From Clostridiales bacterium (GTDB lineage: Bacteria; Bacillota; Clostridia; Saccharofermentanales; Saccharofermentanaceae): 64,000 bases of DNA. The stretch lies in the NCBI GenBank assembly GCA_017513085.1, contig JAFWDK010000001.1:34991-98990 (forward strand), read 5' to 3'. Of the stretch, positions 20,523-30,945 are shown in pieces (within the stretch, counting starts at the first letter, position 1; each line of letters starts with the position of its first letter). Under the pieces are notes generated by a model. That model saw only the letters and a list, made by a program, of their open reading frames with translations, had not been told where the DNA came from and did no database searches. Both the position numbers and the translations under genes were made by a program.

Positions 20523-20799
20523 ATGTCTGCCTTTTCAAATAAAACGCTGATGATCACCGGAGGAACCAGCTCCTTCGGACATACAGCATTAAAACACTTT
20601 CTGACTACGGATATCGGGACTCGATACCAAAGGTCTTTTGCAGGCAGCCGATGTTGCAGCTGAAATGGTAAAGAACAAGAAGAACGACGGTGTGATCCTG
20701 GTAACGGATTATACGGATTTGAATGTTTTGGGGAAAGTTGTTAAAATCATTCAGTCTTATACCGGAGTTCTTGATAAAATGGTATGGCGTAAGTACTAG
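20523..20799 (+). pseudogene. Deletion scar: 5' stub of fnlA/capD dehydratase joined out of frame to 3' stub of fnlC/wecB 2-epimerase
   Basis: 20523-20616 encodes MSAFSNKTLMITGGTSSFGHTALKHFLTTDI. 20617-20799, in another frame, encodes GLDTKGLLQAADVAAEM...KVVKIIQSYTGVLDKMVWRKY*. Confidence 0.75.
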
Positions 20800-20814
20800 C
20801 AGGAGGTTTAGCAA

Positions 20815-21477
20815 ATGTATAAGATCACCGATATGTACGATTTGGAATACAGTGTCGCAAAAGAGTATTTATCCCAATTTGAGTATCCCTGGGAGGCCCT
20901 TCCGGGCATCCGGGACCTGATCCTGGAACTGGGGGAGAATTTGGATCCGGAGGAATATGATGAAGTCGAACCCGGTGTTTGGGTGCATAAGACAGCGTAC
21001 GTTTATCCTTCTGCTTATTTAGGAGCACCTTGTATCGTCGGTCCGGAGAGCGAAGTACGCCATTGTGCTTTTATCCGCACATCCGCTCTGATCGGCAGAG
21101 GCTGTGTTGTCGGGAACAGCTGTGAGCTGAAGAACGTCATTCTGTTCGATAAATGTGAGGTTCCGCATTATAACTATGTCGGAGATTCGATCCTCGGCTA
21201 TCATGCCCATATGGGCGCCGGGTCGGTAACATCCAATGTTAAGTCAGACCGTAAGCTGGTCGTTGTCCATAATGGAGAGGAGAATATCGAGACCGGTCTT
21301 AAAAAGTTCGGCGCAATGCTTGGTGACAACTGTGAGATCGGCTGTAATTCCGTATTGAATCCAGGCACTGTCGTCGGCAGAGAATCAAGAGTATATCCGA
21401 CTTCTTGTGTACGTGGCGTCATCCCGGAAAAATCGATCTGGAAAGTTGACGGAACGATTGTTCCGATCAACGATTAA
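20815..21477 (+). CDS. Hexapeptide-repeat (LbH) acetyltransferase, GlmU C-terminal-like
   Basis: VRHCAFIR, VPHYNYVGDSILG, KFGAMLGDNCEIGCNSVLNPG. Confidence 0.8.
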   Translation: MYKITDMYDLEYSVAKEYLSQFEYPWEALPGIRDLILELGENLDPEEYDEVEPGVWVHKTAYVYPSAYLGAPCIVGPESEVRHCAFIRTSALIGRGCVVGNSCELKNVILFDKCEVPHYNYVGDSILGYHAHMGAGSVTSNVKSDRKLVVVHNGEENIETGLKKFGAMLGDNCEIGCNSVLNPGTVVGRESRVYPTSCVRGVIPEKSIWKVDGTIVPIND

Positions 21478-21607
21478 CCTAACGCTAACCGGACAGCAAT
21501 GCCCGGTTTTATATTCCTGTAAAATGAAAATATTTTCTGAAAATCTATTAAGTATTCTTCCATGATTTATTTTATAATTAGTTCGTGAAATAAAAGGAGA
21601 ATGAACC

Positions 21608-22720
21608 ATGATCGTAGGATGTGTAAAAGAGATCAAGAATCAGGAGCACCGTGTCGGCATTACGCCTGATAATGCTCGCGCATATGTGGACGGCGGCAAT
21701 ACTGTCTATATTGAAAAGAACGCCGGAGTAGGTTCCGGTTTTGCGAATACCGAATACATCGAAGCCGGCGCACAGATCCTGGATACAGCCGAGGAAGTCT
21801 GGGCAAAAGCAGACATGATCGTTAAGGTCAAAGAACCTCTTCCGCAGGAATTCAAGTATTTCCGCGAAGGTCTTATGATCTATACCTACTTCCATCTGGC
21901 AGCAGACGAGGAGTGTACCAAAGCACTCGTCGATTCCAAAGTAACTTCGATCGCTTACGAAACACTGCAGGAAAGAGACGGATCCCTGCCGCTGCTCGTT
22001 CCGATGTCCCAGATCGCCGGTCGTCTTTCTCTTCAGGAAGGTGCGAAGTATCTTGAGAAGAAATATGGCGGTGAAGGCGTCCTGTTAGCCGGTGTCCCCG
22101 GGACTCCGAAAGCAAACGTCGTTATCTTAGGTACTGGTACCGTCGGCTGCAATGCCTGCAAGCTGGCAGTCGGTATGGGCGCGAACGTCACAATCATCGG
22201 ACGGAACCTGCATAAGCTGGAAGTTCTGGATGATCAGTATCATTCTTCTATCCAGACGCTGTATTCCAGCGACTCCAATATCGAAAAAGCCTGCAAGGAA
22301 GCAGATCTTGTCATCGGTGCTGTTCTCGTACCCGGCGCTGCTGCTCCGAAGCTCTTCAAGAAGCGTTATCTGAAGGAAATGAAACCGGGCTCTGTCTTCG
22401 TCGATGTTTCGATCGACCAGGGCGGCTGCGGCGAAAGCTCCAGAGTCACATCGCATGATGATCCGATCTACATCGAAGACGGCGTCATTCATTACTGTGT
22501 AGGCAATATGCCCGGCGCTGTCCCGCGCACTTCCACGATCGCTCTTACCAATGCGACCGTCAAATACGGTCTGCAGGTCGCTAACAAAGGTCTGAAGAAA
22601 GCGTGTGAAGAGAACGATGTCATCTACTCTGCGATCAACACTTTTGACGGCAAAGTTACCTTCAAGGGTGTTGCGGACGCATTCGGAATGGATTGCAGCG
22701 ATATCCGCGGCATGTTGTAG
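21608..22720 (+). CDS. ald: Alanine dehydrogenase
   Basis: KEIKNQEHRV, VKVKEP, YFHLAA, IDQGGC, NMPGAVPRTST. Confidence 0.96.
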   Translation: MIVGCVKEIKNQEHRVGITPDNARAYVDGGNTVYIEKNAGVGSGFANTEYIEAGAQILDTAEEVWAKADMIVKVKEPLPQEFKYFREGLMIYTYFHLAADEECTKALVDSKVTSIAYETLQERDGSLPLLVPMSQIAGRLSLQEGAKYLEKKYGGEGVLLAGVPGTPKANVVILGTGTVGCNACKLAVGMGANVTIIGRNLHKLEVLDDQYHSSIQTLYSSDSNIEKACKEADLVIGAVLVPGAAAPKLFKKRYLKEMKPGSVFVDVSIDQGGCGESSRVTSHDDPIYIEDGVIHYCVGNMPGAVPRTSTIALTNATVKYGLQVANKGLKKACEENDVIYSAINTFDGKVTFKGVADAFGMDCSDIRGML

Positions 22721-22735
22721 GATAGAAAATGAAAT

Positions 22736-22770
22736 GAGGAGGATCGCAGAAATGTGCGGTCCTCTTTTTC
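22736..22770 (+). terminator. Intrinsic terminator after ald
   Basis: aggatcgca-gaaatg-tgcggtcct followed by cttttt. Confidence 0.6.
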
Positions 22771-22867
22771 ATTAAGAGAACTGATATGCGTGTTAAGAGT
22801 TTTTATTGCATGGAAAAAAAGAGATTTTTATAATGATAAAGGTGGATTTAAAAGGGAGACCATTACA

Positions 22868-23440
22868 ATGGAAAAGTTTTTAGTTGAGATTTCAGCCCGT
22901 CACGTTCATCTTTGCCAGAAGACCGTGGACGTTCTGTTTGGCGAAGGCCATCAGTTGACTCCGATCAAGGATCTGTCCCAGCCCGGACAGTTCGCCTGCG
23001 AAGAAAAGGTCACCGTCGTCGGCCCAAGAGGCAAACTTACCTGCCGTATCTTAGGCCCGACCAGAAAAGAAGACCAGATCGAAGTTTCGCTGACTGAAGC
23101 GAGACAGCTGGGTATTGAAGCTTTGATCCGTGAATCCGGCCATTTGGACGGCACAAACGGCTGCATGGTCGAAGGGCCCTGCGGCTCTGTTGAGCTCGCA
23201 AAAGGCGTGATCGCCGCGAAGCGCCACATCCATATGGAACCGAAAGACGGAGAATACTACGGTGTCAGCAACGGCGATATCGTCGCTGTCCGCATTCAGA
23301 CACCGGAAAGAAGCATCGTATTTGACGACACCGTCGTCCGTATCAATGAGAATTATCGTCTGGCCATGCATATCGATACCGATGAGGCGAATGCGGCCGG
23401 TTTAAAGGGTAATGGAGAAGGAGAGTTGATTAAACTATGA
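22868..23440 (+). CDS. pduL: PduL-type phosphate acyltransferase
   Basis: SARHVHL, LSQPGQF, RESG, AKRHIHM, MHIDTDEANA. RBS agggag precedes ATG 22868. Confidence 0.9.
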   Translation: MEKFLVEISARHVHLCQKTVDVLFGEGHQLTPIKDLSQPGQFACEEKVTVVGPRGKLTCRILGPTRKEDQIEVSLTEARQLGIEALIRESGHLDGTNGCMVEGPCGSVELAKGVIAAKRHIHMEPKDGEYYGVSNGDIVAVRIQTPERSIVFDDTVVRINENYRLAMHIDTDEANAAGLKGNGEGELIKL

Positions 23441-24162
23441 AAATTATCCGCGTTAAAGATTACGAAGAAGCATCCCAGAAAGCCTATGAAGTGATGAAAG
23501 AATTCATCAAACCGGGCGCTGTTTTAGGTCTGGCTACCGGCAGCACACCTTTAGGTCTGTATGCCCTGATGGTCAAGGATCACGAAGAAAACGGCACAGA
23601 CTACACCAACATCCGCACATTCAATCTGGATGAGTATGTCGGTCTGCCGCTGCATCACCGTGAATCCTACTATTCCTTCATGCATACCAACCTTTTCAAT
23701 AAGATCGGTATCCCGGAAGAGAATACCCACGTTCCCGGAGGCTTAGGCGATCTCGAAGCCAACTGCAAGGCATACGATGAAATGCTGGCGAAGGAATCTG
23801 TCGATATCCAGCTGCTCGGCATCGGCGCTGACGGCCATATCGGCTTCAACGAACCGGGCACACCGTTCAATCTCGGAACCCATGTCACTGATCTGACAGA
23901 ACAGACACGTAAGGACAACCAGCGTTTCTTCAACGATCTCGGCGAAGAAACACCGACACAGGCTGTTACCATGGGTCCGGCTACGATCATGGCTGCCAAG
24001 AACGTTCTTCTGATCGCGACAGGCGAAAACAAAGCGGAAGCGATCAAGGGAATGATCGAAGGTCCGGTCAGCGAGGAATGCCAGGCATCCCTGTTGCAGA
24101 ACCATCCCAGCTGCACAGTCATCATCGATGAGGGTGCGGGCAAATTACTGGAGAATCACTAG
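23437..24162 (+). CDS. nagB: Glucosamine-6-phosphate deaminase
   Basis: LGLATGSTP, FNLDEY, GIGADGHIGFNEPG. Confidence 0.96.
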   Translation: MKIIRVKDYEEASQKAYEVMKEFIKPGAVLGLATGSTPLGLYALMVKDHEENGTDYTNIRTFNLDEYVGLPLHHRESYYSFMHTNLFNKIGIPEENTHVPGGLGDLEANCKAYDEMLAKESVDIQLLGIGADGHIGFNEPGTPFNLGTHVTDLTEQTRKDNQRFFNDLGEETPTQAVTMGPATIMAAKNVLLIATGENKAEAIKGMIEGPVSEECQASLLQNHPSCTVIIDEGAGKLLENH

Positions 24163-24199
24163 GAAGTTCTTATAATGAAGTCGAGGAGGTAGCTGACTT

Positions 24200-24505
24200 A
24201 TGAAGATCGTAAACAAAGCAGAATTTGAAGAAACCATCAAAGAAGGTGTGACTCTGGTCGACTTCTTCGCGACCTGGTGCGGACCGTGCAAGATGCTGGG
24301 TCCGGTACTTGAAGAGCTTTCCACAGAGATCCCGGACGTCAAATTCGTCAAAGTCGACGTCGATGACGAACCGGAACTCGCTGAAAAATACGGCATCATG
24401 TCGATCCCGAACGTCTTCCTGTTCAAGAACGGGGAGATCGCCGGCAGTTTCCTGGGACTTCAGTCCAAGGAAAACGTTAAAACTTTCATCGAAGAAAGAA
24501 AGTAA
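24200..24505 (+). CDS. trxA: Thioredoxin
   Basis: WCGPC active site. Confidence 0.96.
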   Translation: MKIVNKAEFEETIKEGVTLVDFFATWCGPCKMLGPVLEELSTEIPDVKFVKVDVDDEPELAEKYGIMSIPNVFLFKNGEIAGSFLGLQSKENVKTFIEERK

Positions 24506-24524
24506 ACGTATATCACAAACAAGC

Positions 24525-24551
24525 GAAACCCGGCATATGACGGGTTTTTCT
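24525..24551 (+). terminator. Intrinsic terminator after trxA
   Basis: gaaacccg-gcatatga-cgggtttttc. Confidence 0.55.
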
Positions 24552-24644
24552 TTGACCCGGTTGTCGAAAACATCTCGAAGTAAATACATGATCAGTTCAT
24601 TCTGAAAAAGGCTATATAATAAAAGACGATAAAGAGGTCCAAGT

Positions 24645-26330
24645 ATGAAAAAGATAATTCTTTTATTGACGCTCATCCTGCTGGTTTTGACTGCAGGATG
24701 CAGTACACAGAAAAAAGAAGAGAACACTCCGGAGCCTGAAAAGACCGTAGCTGAGCGTACGGACGATATCTATATCTTCTACACCAGTGATGTTCACTGC
24801 GGCTTCGAAGAGAACCTGACCCTTGCCAGTGTCAAATCCCTGGTCGATGAGACAAAAGCCGAACATGAATTCGTATCCCTGGTCGATATCGGTGATTATC
24901 TTCAGGGCGGCACATTAGGTTCACTTTCAAAAGGCAAGCTGTGCATCGATCTGATGAATAAGACGGGCTACGATATCGCGACTGTCGGTAACCACGAATT
25001 CGATTACGGCATGGAAGAACTGGCGAAGCGGTTTGCGGAAGCGGATTTTGATATCGTTGCTTCCAACGTCATCTACTCCGGCAGCGGAAAGAACATCTTC
25101 GCGGATATTCCGGAATATGTCATTAAAGACTACGGAGGGACGAAAATCGCTTTCCTTGGTATCCTGACCCCTCAAAGCATCCTCCAGTCCACTCCGAAAT
25201 ATTTCATGGAAAACGGTGAATTCGTCTATGATTTCTATTCCGGCAGCAACGGCGAAGATCTCTACGCAAAGGTACAGTCTCTGGTCGATGAGGCCAGGGA
25301 ACAGGGTGCGGAATATGTCATTGCGCTTGCTCACCTGGGCTCAGAAGCAGACACAGTTCCGTATGACTCGATCTCGCTGATCTCCCACACGACCGGGATC
25401 GACGTTGTCCTGGACGGTCATTCCCATTCTGTGATCATTGGCGATCCCTATCCCAATAAGAACGGCGAGGATGTCATCCTTTCCTCAGTCGGCACAAAAC
25501 TTCAGGCACTGGGCGAGCTGATCATTGAGAAAGACGGAACGATCACGACCATGCATATCGACCACTATGACAAACAGGACGAAACGATCCTTGAGAGTCT
25601 GGCTGCCGCCAATGCGGAAGCCGAAACAGTCCTTGGCGAGAAGATCTGTGATCTGGACTTTGACCTGACGATCAAGGATGAAGAAGGTATCCGGATGGTA
25701 CGCGCAAGAGAAACGACTGCCGGTGATTTCGTGGCAGATGCAGTCCGCTCCGTCATGGGAACAGACATCGCTATGATAAACGGGGGCGGTGTCCGTAATA
25801 CGATCGCAGCCGGCGAAGTCACCGTCGGTGATCTTCTGGAAGTCATGCCTTTCCAGAATACGATCGCTTCTGTAAGGGCGACCGGTCAGCAGATCCTGGA
25901 TGCGCTTGAATTCTCCAGCCGGCAGACCGAGGCTTTATATAAACTTGACGGAAATGCCGTTGGTGAGAACGGCGGTTTCCTGCAGGTCTCGGGATTGAAA
26001 TATACGATCGACACATCCGTCGAATCACAGGTGACTGTCGATGAGAATGGAATGTTCAATGGATATTCCGGAGACAGCAGAAGGGTTACGGATGTCATGG
26101 TCCTGAAAGACGGGGAGTATATTCCGATCGATCCGGAGGCATATTATACTGTCGGCAGCTCTTCCTATATCCTGCTCGACAGCGGTGACGGAAATTCCGC
26201 CTTTGCGGAAGCGGAGGTCCTTTCGAACCTGGGTATTCTGGATATCGATGTATTGATGCAGTATCTGGAAGAACAGGGCGGCTTCGCGGAAAGCTACCGC
26301 GAGACGGAAGGCAGGATCACTGTAAAATAA
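24645..26330 (+). CDS. 5'-nucleotidase/UshA-family lipoprotein
   Basis: Lipobox LTAGC; TSDVH, GDYLQG, GNHEFDYG, DGHSH, NGGGVR. Confidence 0.9.
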   Translation: MKKIILLLTLILLVLTAGCSTQKKEENTPEPEKTVAERTDDIYIFYTSDVHCGFEENLTLASVKSLVDETKAEHEFVSLVDIGDYLQGGTLGSLSKGKLCIDLMNKTGYDIATVGNHEFDYGMEELAKRFAEADFDIVASNVIYSGSGKNIFADIPEYVIKDYGGTKIAFLGILTPQSILQSTPKYFMENGEFVYDFYSGSNGEDLYAKVQSLVDEAREQGAEYVIALAHLGSEADTVPYDSISLISHTTGIDVVLDGHSHSVIIGDPYPNKNGEDVILSSVGTKLQALGELIIEKDGTITTMHIDHYDKQDETILESLAAANAEAETVLGEKICDLDFDLTIKDEEGIRMVRARETTAGDFVADAVRSVMGTDIAMINGGGVRNTIAAGEVTVGDLLEVMPFQNTIASVRATGQQILDALEFSSRQTEALYKLDGNAVGENGGFLQVSGLKYTIDTSVESQVTVDENGMFNGYSGDSRRVTDVMVLKDGEYIPIDPEAYYTVGSSSYILLDSGDGNSAFAEAEVLSNLGILDIDVLMQYLEEQGGFAESYRETEGRITVK

Positions 26331-26350
26331 GTGAAATAAATCAGAAAACA

Positions 26351-26390
26351 AAAGCCAAGGCTGCTATAAACAATTGCCTTGGCTTTTTTA
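26351..26390. terminator. Bidirectional terminator
   Basis: aaagccaagg...ccttggcttttt between convergent genes. Confidence 0.7.
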
Positions 26391-26414
26391 TGTCTTGTTA
26401 TAAAGATGAAACAG

Positions 26415-26999
26415 CTATCTCTTCGATATGGTGTTCAGTAATAATCCCATCCCGTAATTCAGAAGAAGCAGGAAGACAAAGATGACCATCCCTATCGGCA
26501 GTCCCCAGGTAACGAATCCGTACCAGTCATTTCCCTGCCGTCCGTTCAGGATGATGTTTCCGAGATAGCCGCAGCCGTAGATAAATAGCGGAAGGACCGC
26601 AAGGATCAGCTCACTTCTGCTGAGCTTCTGTTCTCCGAGGAAGATCTCCTCAAAAAGACACAACAGCGGAACGGCGAGATGAAACCAGAAATTCGGTCCG
26701 ACATATAAGATCGAATAACCGAACATCGGTCCCAGGAACAAGGCGGTTACGAGAAAAGTAATCATCAGCGCGAGGCAGGCGGAGAATTTCAGGACTGCGC
26801 TGAAATGCGAATTACGGAACAGCAGCCAGCAGATCGCGGCGAACGCGGCCAGTAGATTGGAGAGAACAGTGAAATAGCGTAAGCTCCAGATCCCTCTTGC
26901 GGAAAAGGAGCCGCCTCCGTTGAATACCATATTCAGCCATGACCAGAGGATGATGACGGCCAGAAAGAGATTCAGAATGATTTTTACCATATGCTTCAT
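26415..26999 (-). CDS. Pr6Pr/FAR-17a-like integral membrane protein
   Basis: YFTVLSN, FHLAVPL, WYGF and several hydrophobic helices. Confidence 0.65.
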   Translation of the reverse strand: MKHMVKIILNLFLAVIILWSWLNMVFNGGGSFSARGIWSLRYFTVLSNLLAAFAAICWLLFRNSHFSAVLKFSACLALMITFLVTALFLGPMFGYSILYVGPNFWFHLAVPLLCLFEEIFLGEQKLSRSELILAVLPLFIYGCGYLGNIILNGRQGNDWYGFVTWGLPIGMVIFVFLLLLNYGMGLLLNTISKR

Positions 27000-27095
27000 G
27001 TTTTTAGTATATACAATCCGCAGATCGAAATGCGCAGAATACTTTCTTCAGAATGGTGTGTCAAGCGGTTTGCAAAAACATATTCATACAATCGC

Positions 27096-27215
27096 TGTTT
27101 ACTGTAAGTAAACAAATTCTTTATTTTTATGAAATTTTTGTTGCAATGCTTCGATTTTACAGTATTATATTAATGGTCATATAAAACATGACAAAAAGTT
27201 TAGTAAAAATAAACT
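27096..27215 (+). promoter_or_regulatory. pot operon promoter with three N7-spaced palindromes (candidate repressor operators)
   Basis: TGTTTA-N7-TAAACA 27096-27114; GTCAT-N7-ATGAC 27176-27192; AGTTTA-N7-TAAACT 27197-27215; TTGCAA 27141 and TATTAT 27163. Confidence 0.55.
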
Positions 27216-27229
27216 AGAAGGGAGTTGCG

Positions 27230-27772
27230 ATGGACATCGGAAAAAGACTGAGACAACTTCGCACGAAAAACTCTCTGACCCTGGAGGAACTTGCCTCAAG
27301 GACAGAACTGACAAAAGGATTCCTGTCCCAGCTGGAACGGAATCTGACTTCTCCGAGCATCTCCACTCTGGAGAATATCACGGGGGTCCTGGGCGTTCCG
27401 CTGGAGGATTTCTTCAAAGAGGAAGACAGAGAAACGCGCATCAGCTTCAGCAAGGATGATTATTCGGTAGATGAAAAAGACGGCCGCAAGATCACCTGGC
27501 TCGTTCCGGACTCACAGAAGAATATCCTGGAGCCGATCCTGATGGAACTGCAGCCGGGAACCGAATCCCAGGAGATCGAGCCCTATGAGGGTGCTGAATT
27601 CGGCTATGTCCTGAAAGGACGAGTCGATCTGATCAAGACGGGAACGAATGAGGTCTATCATCTTCGCAAAGGCGACTCCTTCTATCTTGAAGGGGATTAC
27701 ACACACAAACTGAGCAACATCGGCAAGGAACCGGGGGTCATCCTCTGGGTCGCGACACCGTCCATATTCTAA
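27230..27772 (+). CDS. XRE-cupin (PuuR-like) transcriptional regulator
   Basis: [26 protein letters not shown] plus cupin [10 protein letters not shown]; first gene of the pot operon. Confidence 0.88.
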   Translation: MDIGKRLRQLRTKNSLTLEELASRTELTKGFLSQLERNLTSPSISTLENITGVLGVPLEDFFKEEDRETRISFSKDDYSVDEKDGRKITWLVPDSQKNILEPILMELQPGTESQEIEPYEGAEFGYVLKGRVDLIKTGTNEVYHLRKGDSFYLEGDYTHKLSNIGKEPGVILWVATPSIF

Positions 27773-27794
27773 GCGAGTTCAGAGAGGGGAAAAT

Positions 27795-29369
27795 ATGAAG
27801 AAGCTAATTGAATTCCGCAATATCGTAAAAGCGTTTGGCAGCCAGGTCGTTCTTAAGGGGATCAATCTGGATATCTATGAGAATGAATTTGTCACACTGC
27901 TCGGTCCGTCCGGCTGCGGCAAGACGACCCTGTTAAGAATCCTGGGCGGATTCCTGAATCAGGATTCTGGCGAAGTCATTCTCGACGGCAAGGAGATCAG
28001 CAATGTTCCGGCCTATCAGCGCCCGATCAATACTGTTTTCCAGCGCTACGCTCTGTTCCCGCATCTGGATGTCTTTGACAACGTCGCCTTCGGTCTGCGC
28101 ATCAAGAAGATGTCGGAAGACCTGATCAAACCGAAAGTCGAGCGTATGATCTCTCTGGTCGGTCTTGAAGGCTTCGAACACCGTGATATCTCCATGATGT
28201 CCGGCGGCCAGCAGCAGCGTGTCGCGATCGCCCGTGCCCTGGTCAACGAACCGGATGTCCTTCTGCTTGACGAACCGCTCTCCGCTCTTGACCGCAAGCT
28301 GCGCGTTGAGATGCAGCAGGAATTAAAGCGTATCCAGCAGGAAGTCGGCATCACCTTCATCTTCGTCACCCACGACCAGGAAGAAGCATTAACGATGTCC
28401 GATAAGATCGTCGTCATGCGTGACGGCGTGATCCAGCAGATCGGCACTCCGCTTGAGATCTACAATACCCCGAACAACCGCTATGTCGCGAACTTCATCG
28501 GCAACTCCAATATCGTAGACGGCATGATGAAGAAAGACTACCTCGTAAAATTCGATGACCGTGAATATGAATGCGTCGACTTCGGCTTCAAACCGAATGA
28601 ACTGGTCGATGTCATCATCCGTCCGGAAGATATCCGCATCCTGCCGCCGAACAAAGGCAAACTCAACGGCCAGGTGCTTTCCGTCCTCTTCAAGGGCGTT
28701 CATTACGAAACGATCGTCGAGACCCGCCGCGGTGCCTCCAAGACAGTAACTCTGCATGTCGTTGAAGGCCGCGATACCTTCAATAAGGAAGCAAACGAAA
28801 TGATAAACGCGACGGACTTCACCGTCGATATCGAAGACGTCAAGAACCTGACGAACGAAGACCTGATCGCCCGCGCCAACGCGCAGGCCTGGGTCCCGGA
28901 CAGCGAACAGGATATCTCCATCACGACTGTCGAAAACGGTCTGAAAGAGGAATCCGGCAGCTACCCGGTCACCTTCCGCACAGCCAAGGGAACTTCGATC
29001 ACCGTCAACGTCAAAGTCGTCAAGCCGATCGTCAGTGAAGATGCCAAATACCAGATCGGTATCCAGGCCTTCGATGTCTATAAGACTGTGGACGAGATCC
29101 GTGAATCCATGGCAATCTCCGTCGACCTTAAGACCTGGGCAGATGCCTATGCCTGGGAACTGGATACACAGGAAGAAGTTGCGATCGACGATGTCCGTTT
29201 CGATTTCGAACCCAATGAGATCACAGCCGGCGATTACCCGGTCACCTTCCTGACCGAAGGCCGTACCTGGAAAGTCCATACGACTGAAAAGCAGGAAGAG
29301 GATACAGCCGTTTCCATCGACTTCGGACCGGACGATATCCATGTCATGCATAAGGAGGTCTTATCATGA
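27795..29369 (+). CDS. potA: Spermidine/putrescine ABC ATPase with about 175-aa repeat insertion in the TOBE domain
   Basis: [30 protein letters not shown]; FKGVHYE...PDDIHVM is split by an insert. Confidence 0.92.
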   Translation: MKKLIEFRNIVKAFGSQVVLKGINLDIYENEFVTLLGPSGCGKTTLLRILGGFLNQDSGEVILDGKEISNVPAYQRPINTVFQRYALFPHLDVFDNVAFGLRIKKMSEDLIKPKVERMISLVGLEGFEHRDISMMSGGQQQRVAIARALVNEPDVLLLDEPLSALDRKLRVEMQQELKRIQQEVGITFIFVTHDQEEALTMSDKIVVMRDGVIQQIGTPLEIYNTPNNRYVANFIGNSNIVDGMMKKDYLVKFDDREYECVDFGFKPNELVDVIIRPEDIRILPPNKGKLNGQVLSVLFKGVHYETIVETRRGASKTVTLHVVEGRDTFNKEANEMINATDFTVDIEDVKNLTNEDLIARANAQAWVPDSEQDISITTVENGLKEESGSYPVTFRTAKGTSITVNVKVVKPIVSEDAKYQIGIQAFDVYKTVDEIRESMAISVDLKTWADAYAWELDTQEEVAIDDVRFDFEPNEITAGDYPVTFLTEGRTWKVHTTEKQEEDTAVSIDFGPDDIHVMHKEVLS

Positions 29370-30148
29370 AAGGTTTCCGCCGTTTAGCGTATCCGTATGC
29401 GATCTGGGCGGTGATCTTCGTTGTCGTACCGATGCTGCTGGTCCTGATCTACGCGTTCACGACCAGAGGCAATTCAGTACTGACCTTCCGTTTCACACTG
29501 GCCAACTTCGCCCGTTTCTTCTCGGATAAGATCTTCATCTCGGTCCTGCTGCGTTCGCTGAAGATCGCGCTGGTCACAACGATCATCTGCATCCTTCTGG
29601 GTTATCCGGTCGCCTACGCGATCTCCCGCTTCTCTCCGAACAATCAGGCTCTCTGTGTCCTGCTCGTCACGATCCCGATGTGGATCAACATGCTGGTGCG
29701 TACCTATGCCTGGAGAGGTATTTTGCTCGAAACGGATCTTTCCCCGGAAATGAAAGTCTATATCGGCATGGTCTACAACTTCCTGCCGTTCATGATCCTG
29801 GAAGTCTACACTTCCCTCTCAAAGATGGACCCGAACCTGAGCGTTGCGGCAGCGGACTTAGGCTGCAACAACCGTCAGGTCTTCACCAAGGTCATTCTTC
29901 CCTTATCGATCCCGGGCGTGCTTTCCGGCATCACCCTTGTCTTCTTACCGGCAGTCTCCAGCTTCTTCATCCCGAAACTGCTCGGCGGCGGAAGCTTCGT
30001 CCTGATCGGTAACCTGATCGAAAACTACTTCGTCACCACCGGTGACTGGAACTTCGGCGCAGCGATCTCGCTGATCATGACGATCATCATTCTGATCTCC
30101 ATGTATTTCACCCGCAAGTTCGATTACACTGAGGAGGAACGCGCATGA
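29366..30148 (+). CDS. potB: Polyamine ABC permease
   Basis: [28 protein letters not shown]. Confidence 0.92.
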   Translation: MKGFRRLAYPYAIWAVIFVVVPMLLVLIYAFTTRGNSVLTFRFTLANFARFFSDKIFISVLLRSLKIALVTTIICILLGYPVAYAISRFSPNNQALCVLLVTIPMWINMLVRTYAWRGILLETDLSPEMKVYIGMVYNFLPFMILEVYTSLSKMDPNLSVAAADLGCNNRQVFTKVILPLSIPGVLSGITLVFLPAVSSFFIPKLLGGGSFVLIGNLIENYFVTTGDWNFGAAISLIMTIIILISMYFTRKFDYTEEERA

Positions 30149-30945
30149 CCGAGAAAAAGAGTCTCTGGACAAAGATCGCCTTTGCCCTGGCCATCGCCTT
30201 CTTCTACCTTCCGATCGTCTATGTCATCTTCTTCTCTTTCAACTCTTCGAGATCCCTGAACAACTTCACCGGATTCTCGCTGCAGTGGTACCAGAAGATG
30301 TTCGAAAACCGGACGATGATGGAATCGATCTACTATTCCACGATCATTGCCGTGATCGCGACCCTGGTCTCCACCGTGATCGGTACTGTCGCGGCGATCG
30401 GTCTCTCCAAATCCCGCAAGCTCATCAAGGAAAGCGTTACCCAGATCAACAACCTCTCCATGATGAACCCGGATATCGTTACCGCCATCGGCCTGATGCT
30501 GTTCTACACTTCCCTGCATGTGGAAGCGGGCTTCGGCACACTGCTGCTGGCACACATTATCTTCTGTATTCCCTATGTCATGCTGTCAGTTACCCCAAAA
30601 CTGAAACAGCTCGATGACAATATCGCGGAAGCGGCTCTGGACTTAGGCTGCACGCCTTTCCAGGCACTGACCAAGGTCATCATTCCCCAGATCAAGGAAG
30701 CGATCTTCTCCGGTGCGCTTGTCGCCTTCACGATGAGTTTCGATGACTTCGTCATCTCCTACTTCGTCACCGGTCCCGGTGTCAACAACATCTCCACATA
30801 CGTTTATTCTTCCGTCAAACGTATTAATCCGAGTGTCAACGCGCTCTCCACGATCATCGTTCTGGCGATCACGATCATTCTGATCATCATGAATGTCGTT
30901 CCAATGCTCAAGGAAAGGAAAAAGAAAAATGAAAAAATTGCTTAG
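30145..30945 (+). CDS. potC: Polyamine ABC permease
   Basis: NPDIVTAI, EAALDLG, FTMSFDDFVISYF. Confidence 0.92.
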   Translation: MTEKKSLWTKIAFALAIAFFYLPIVYVIFFSFNSSRSLNNFTGFSLQWYQKMFENRTMMESIYYSTIIAVIATLVSTVIGTVAAIGLSKSRKLIKESVTQINNLSMMNPDIVTAIGLMLFYTSLHVEAGFGTLLLAHIIFCIPYVMLSVTPKLKQLDDNIAEAALDLGCTPFQALTKVIIPQIKEAIFSGALVAFTMSFDDFVISYFVTGPGVNNISTYVYSSVKRINPSVNALSTIIVLAITIILIIMNVVPMLKERKKKNEKIA

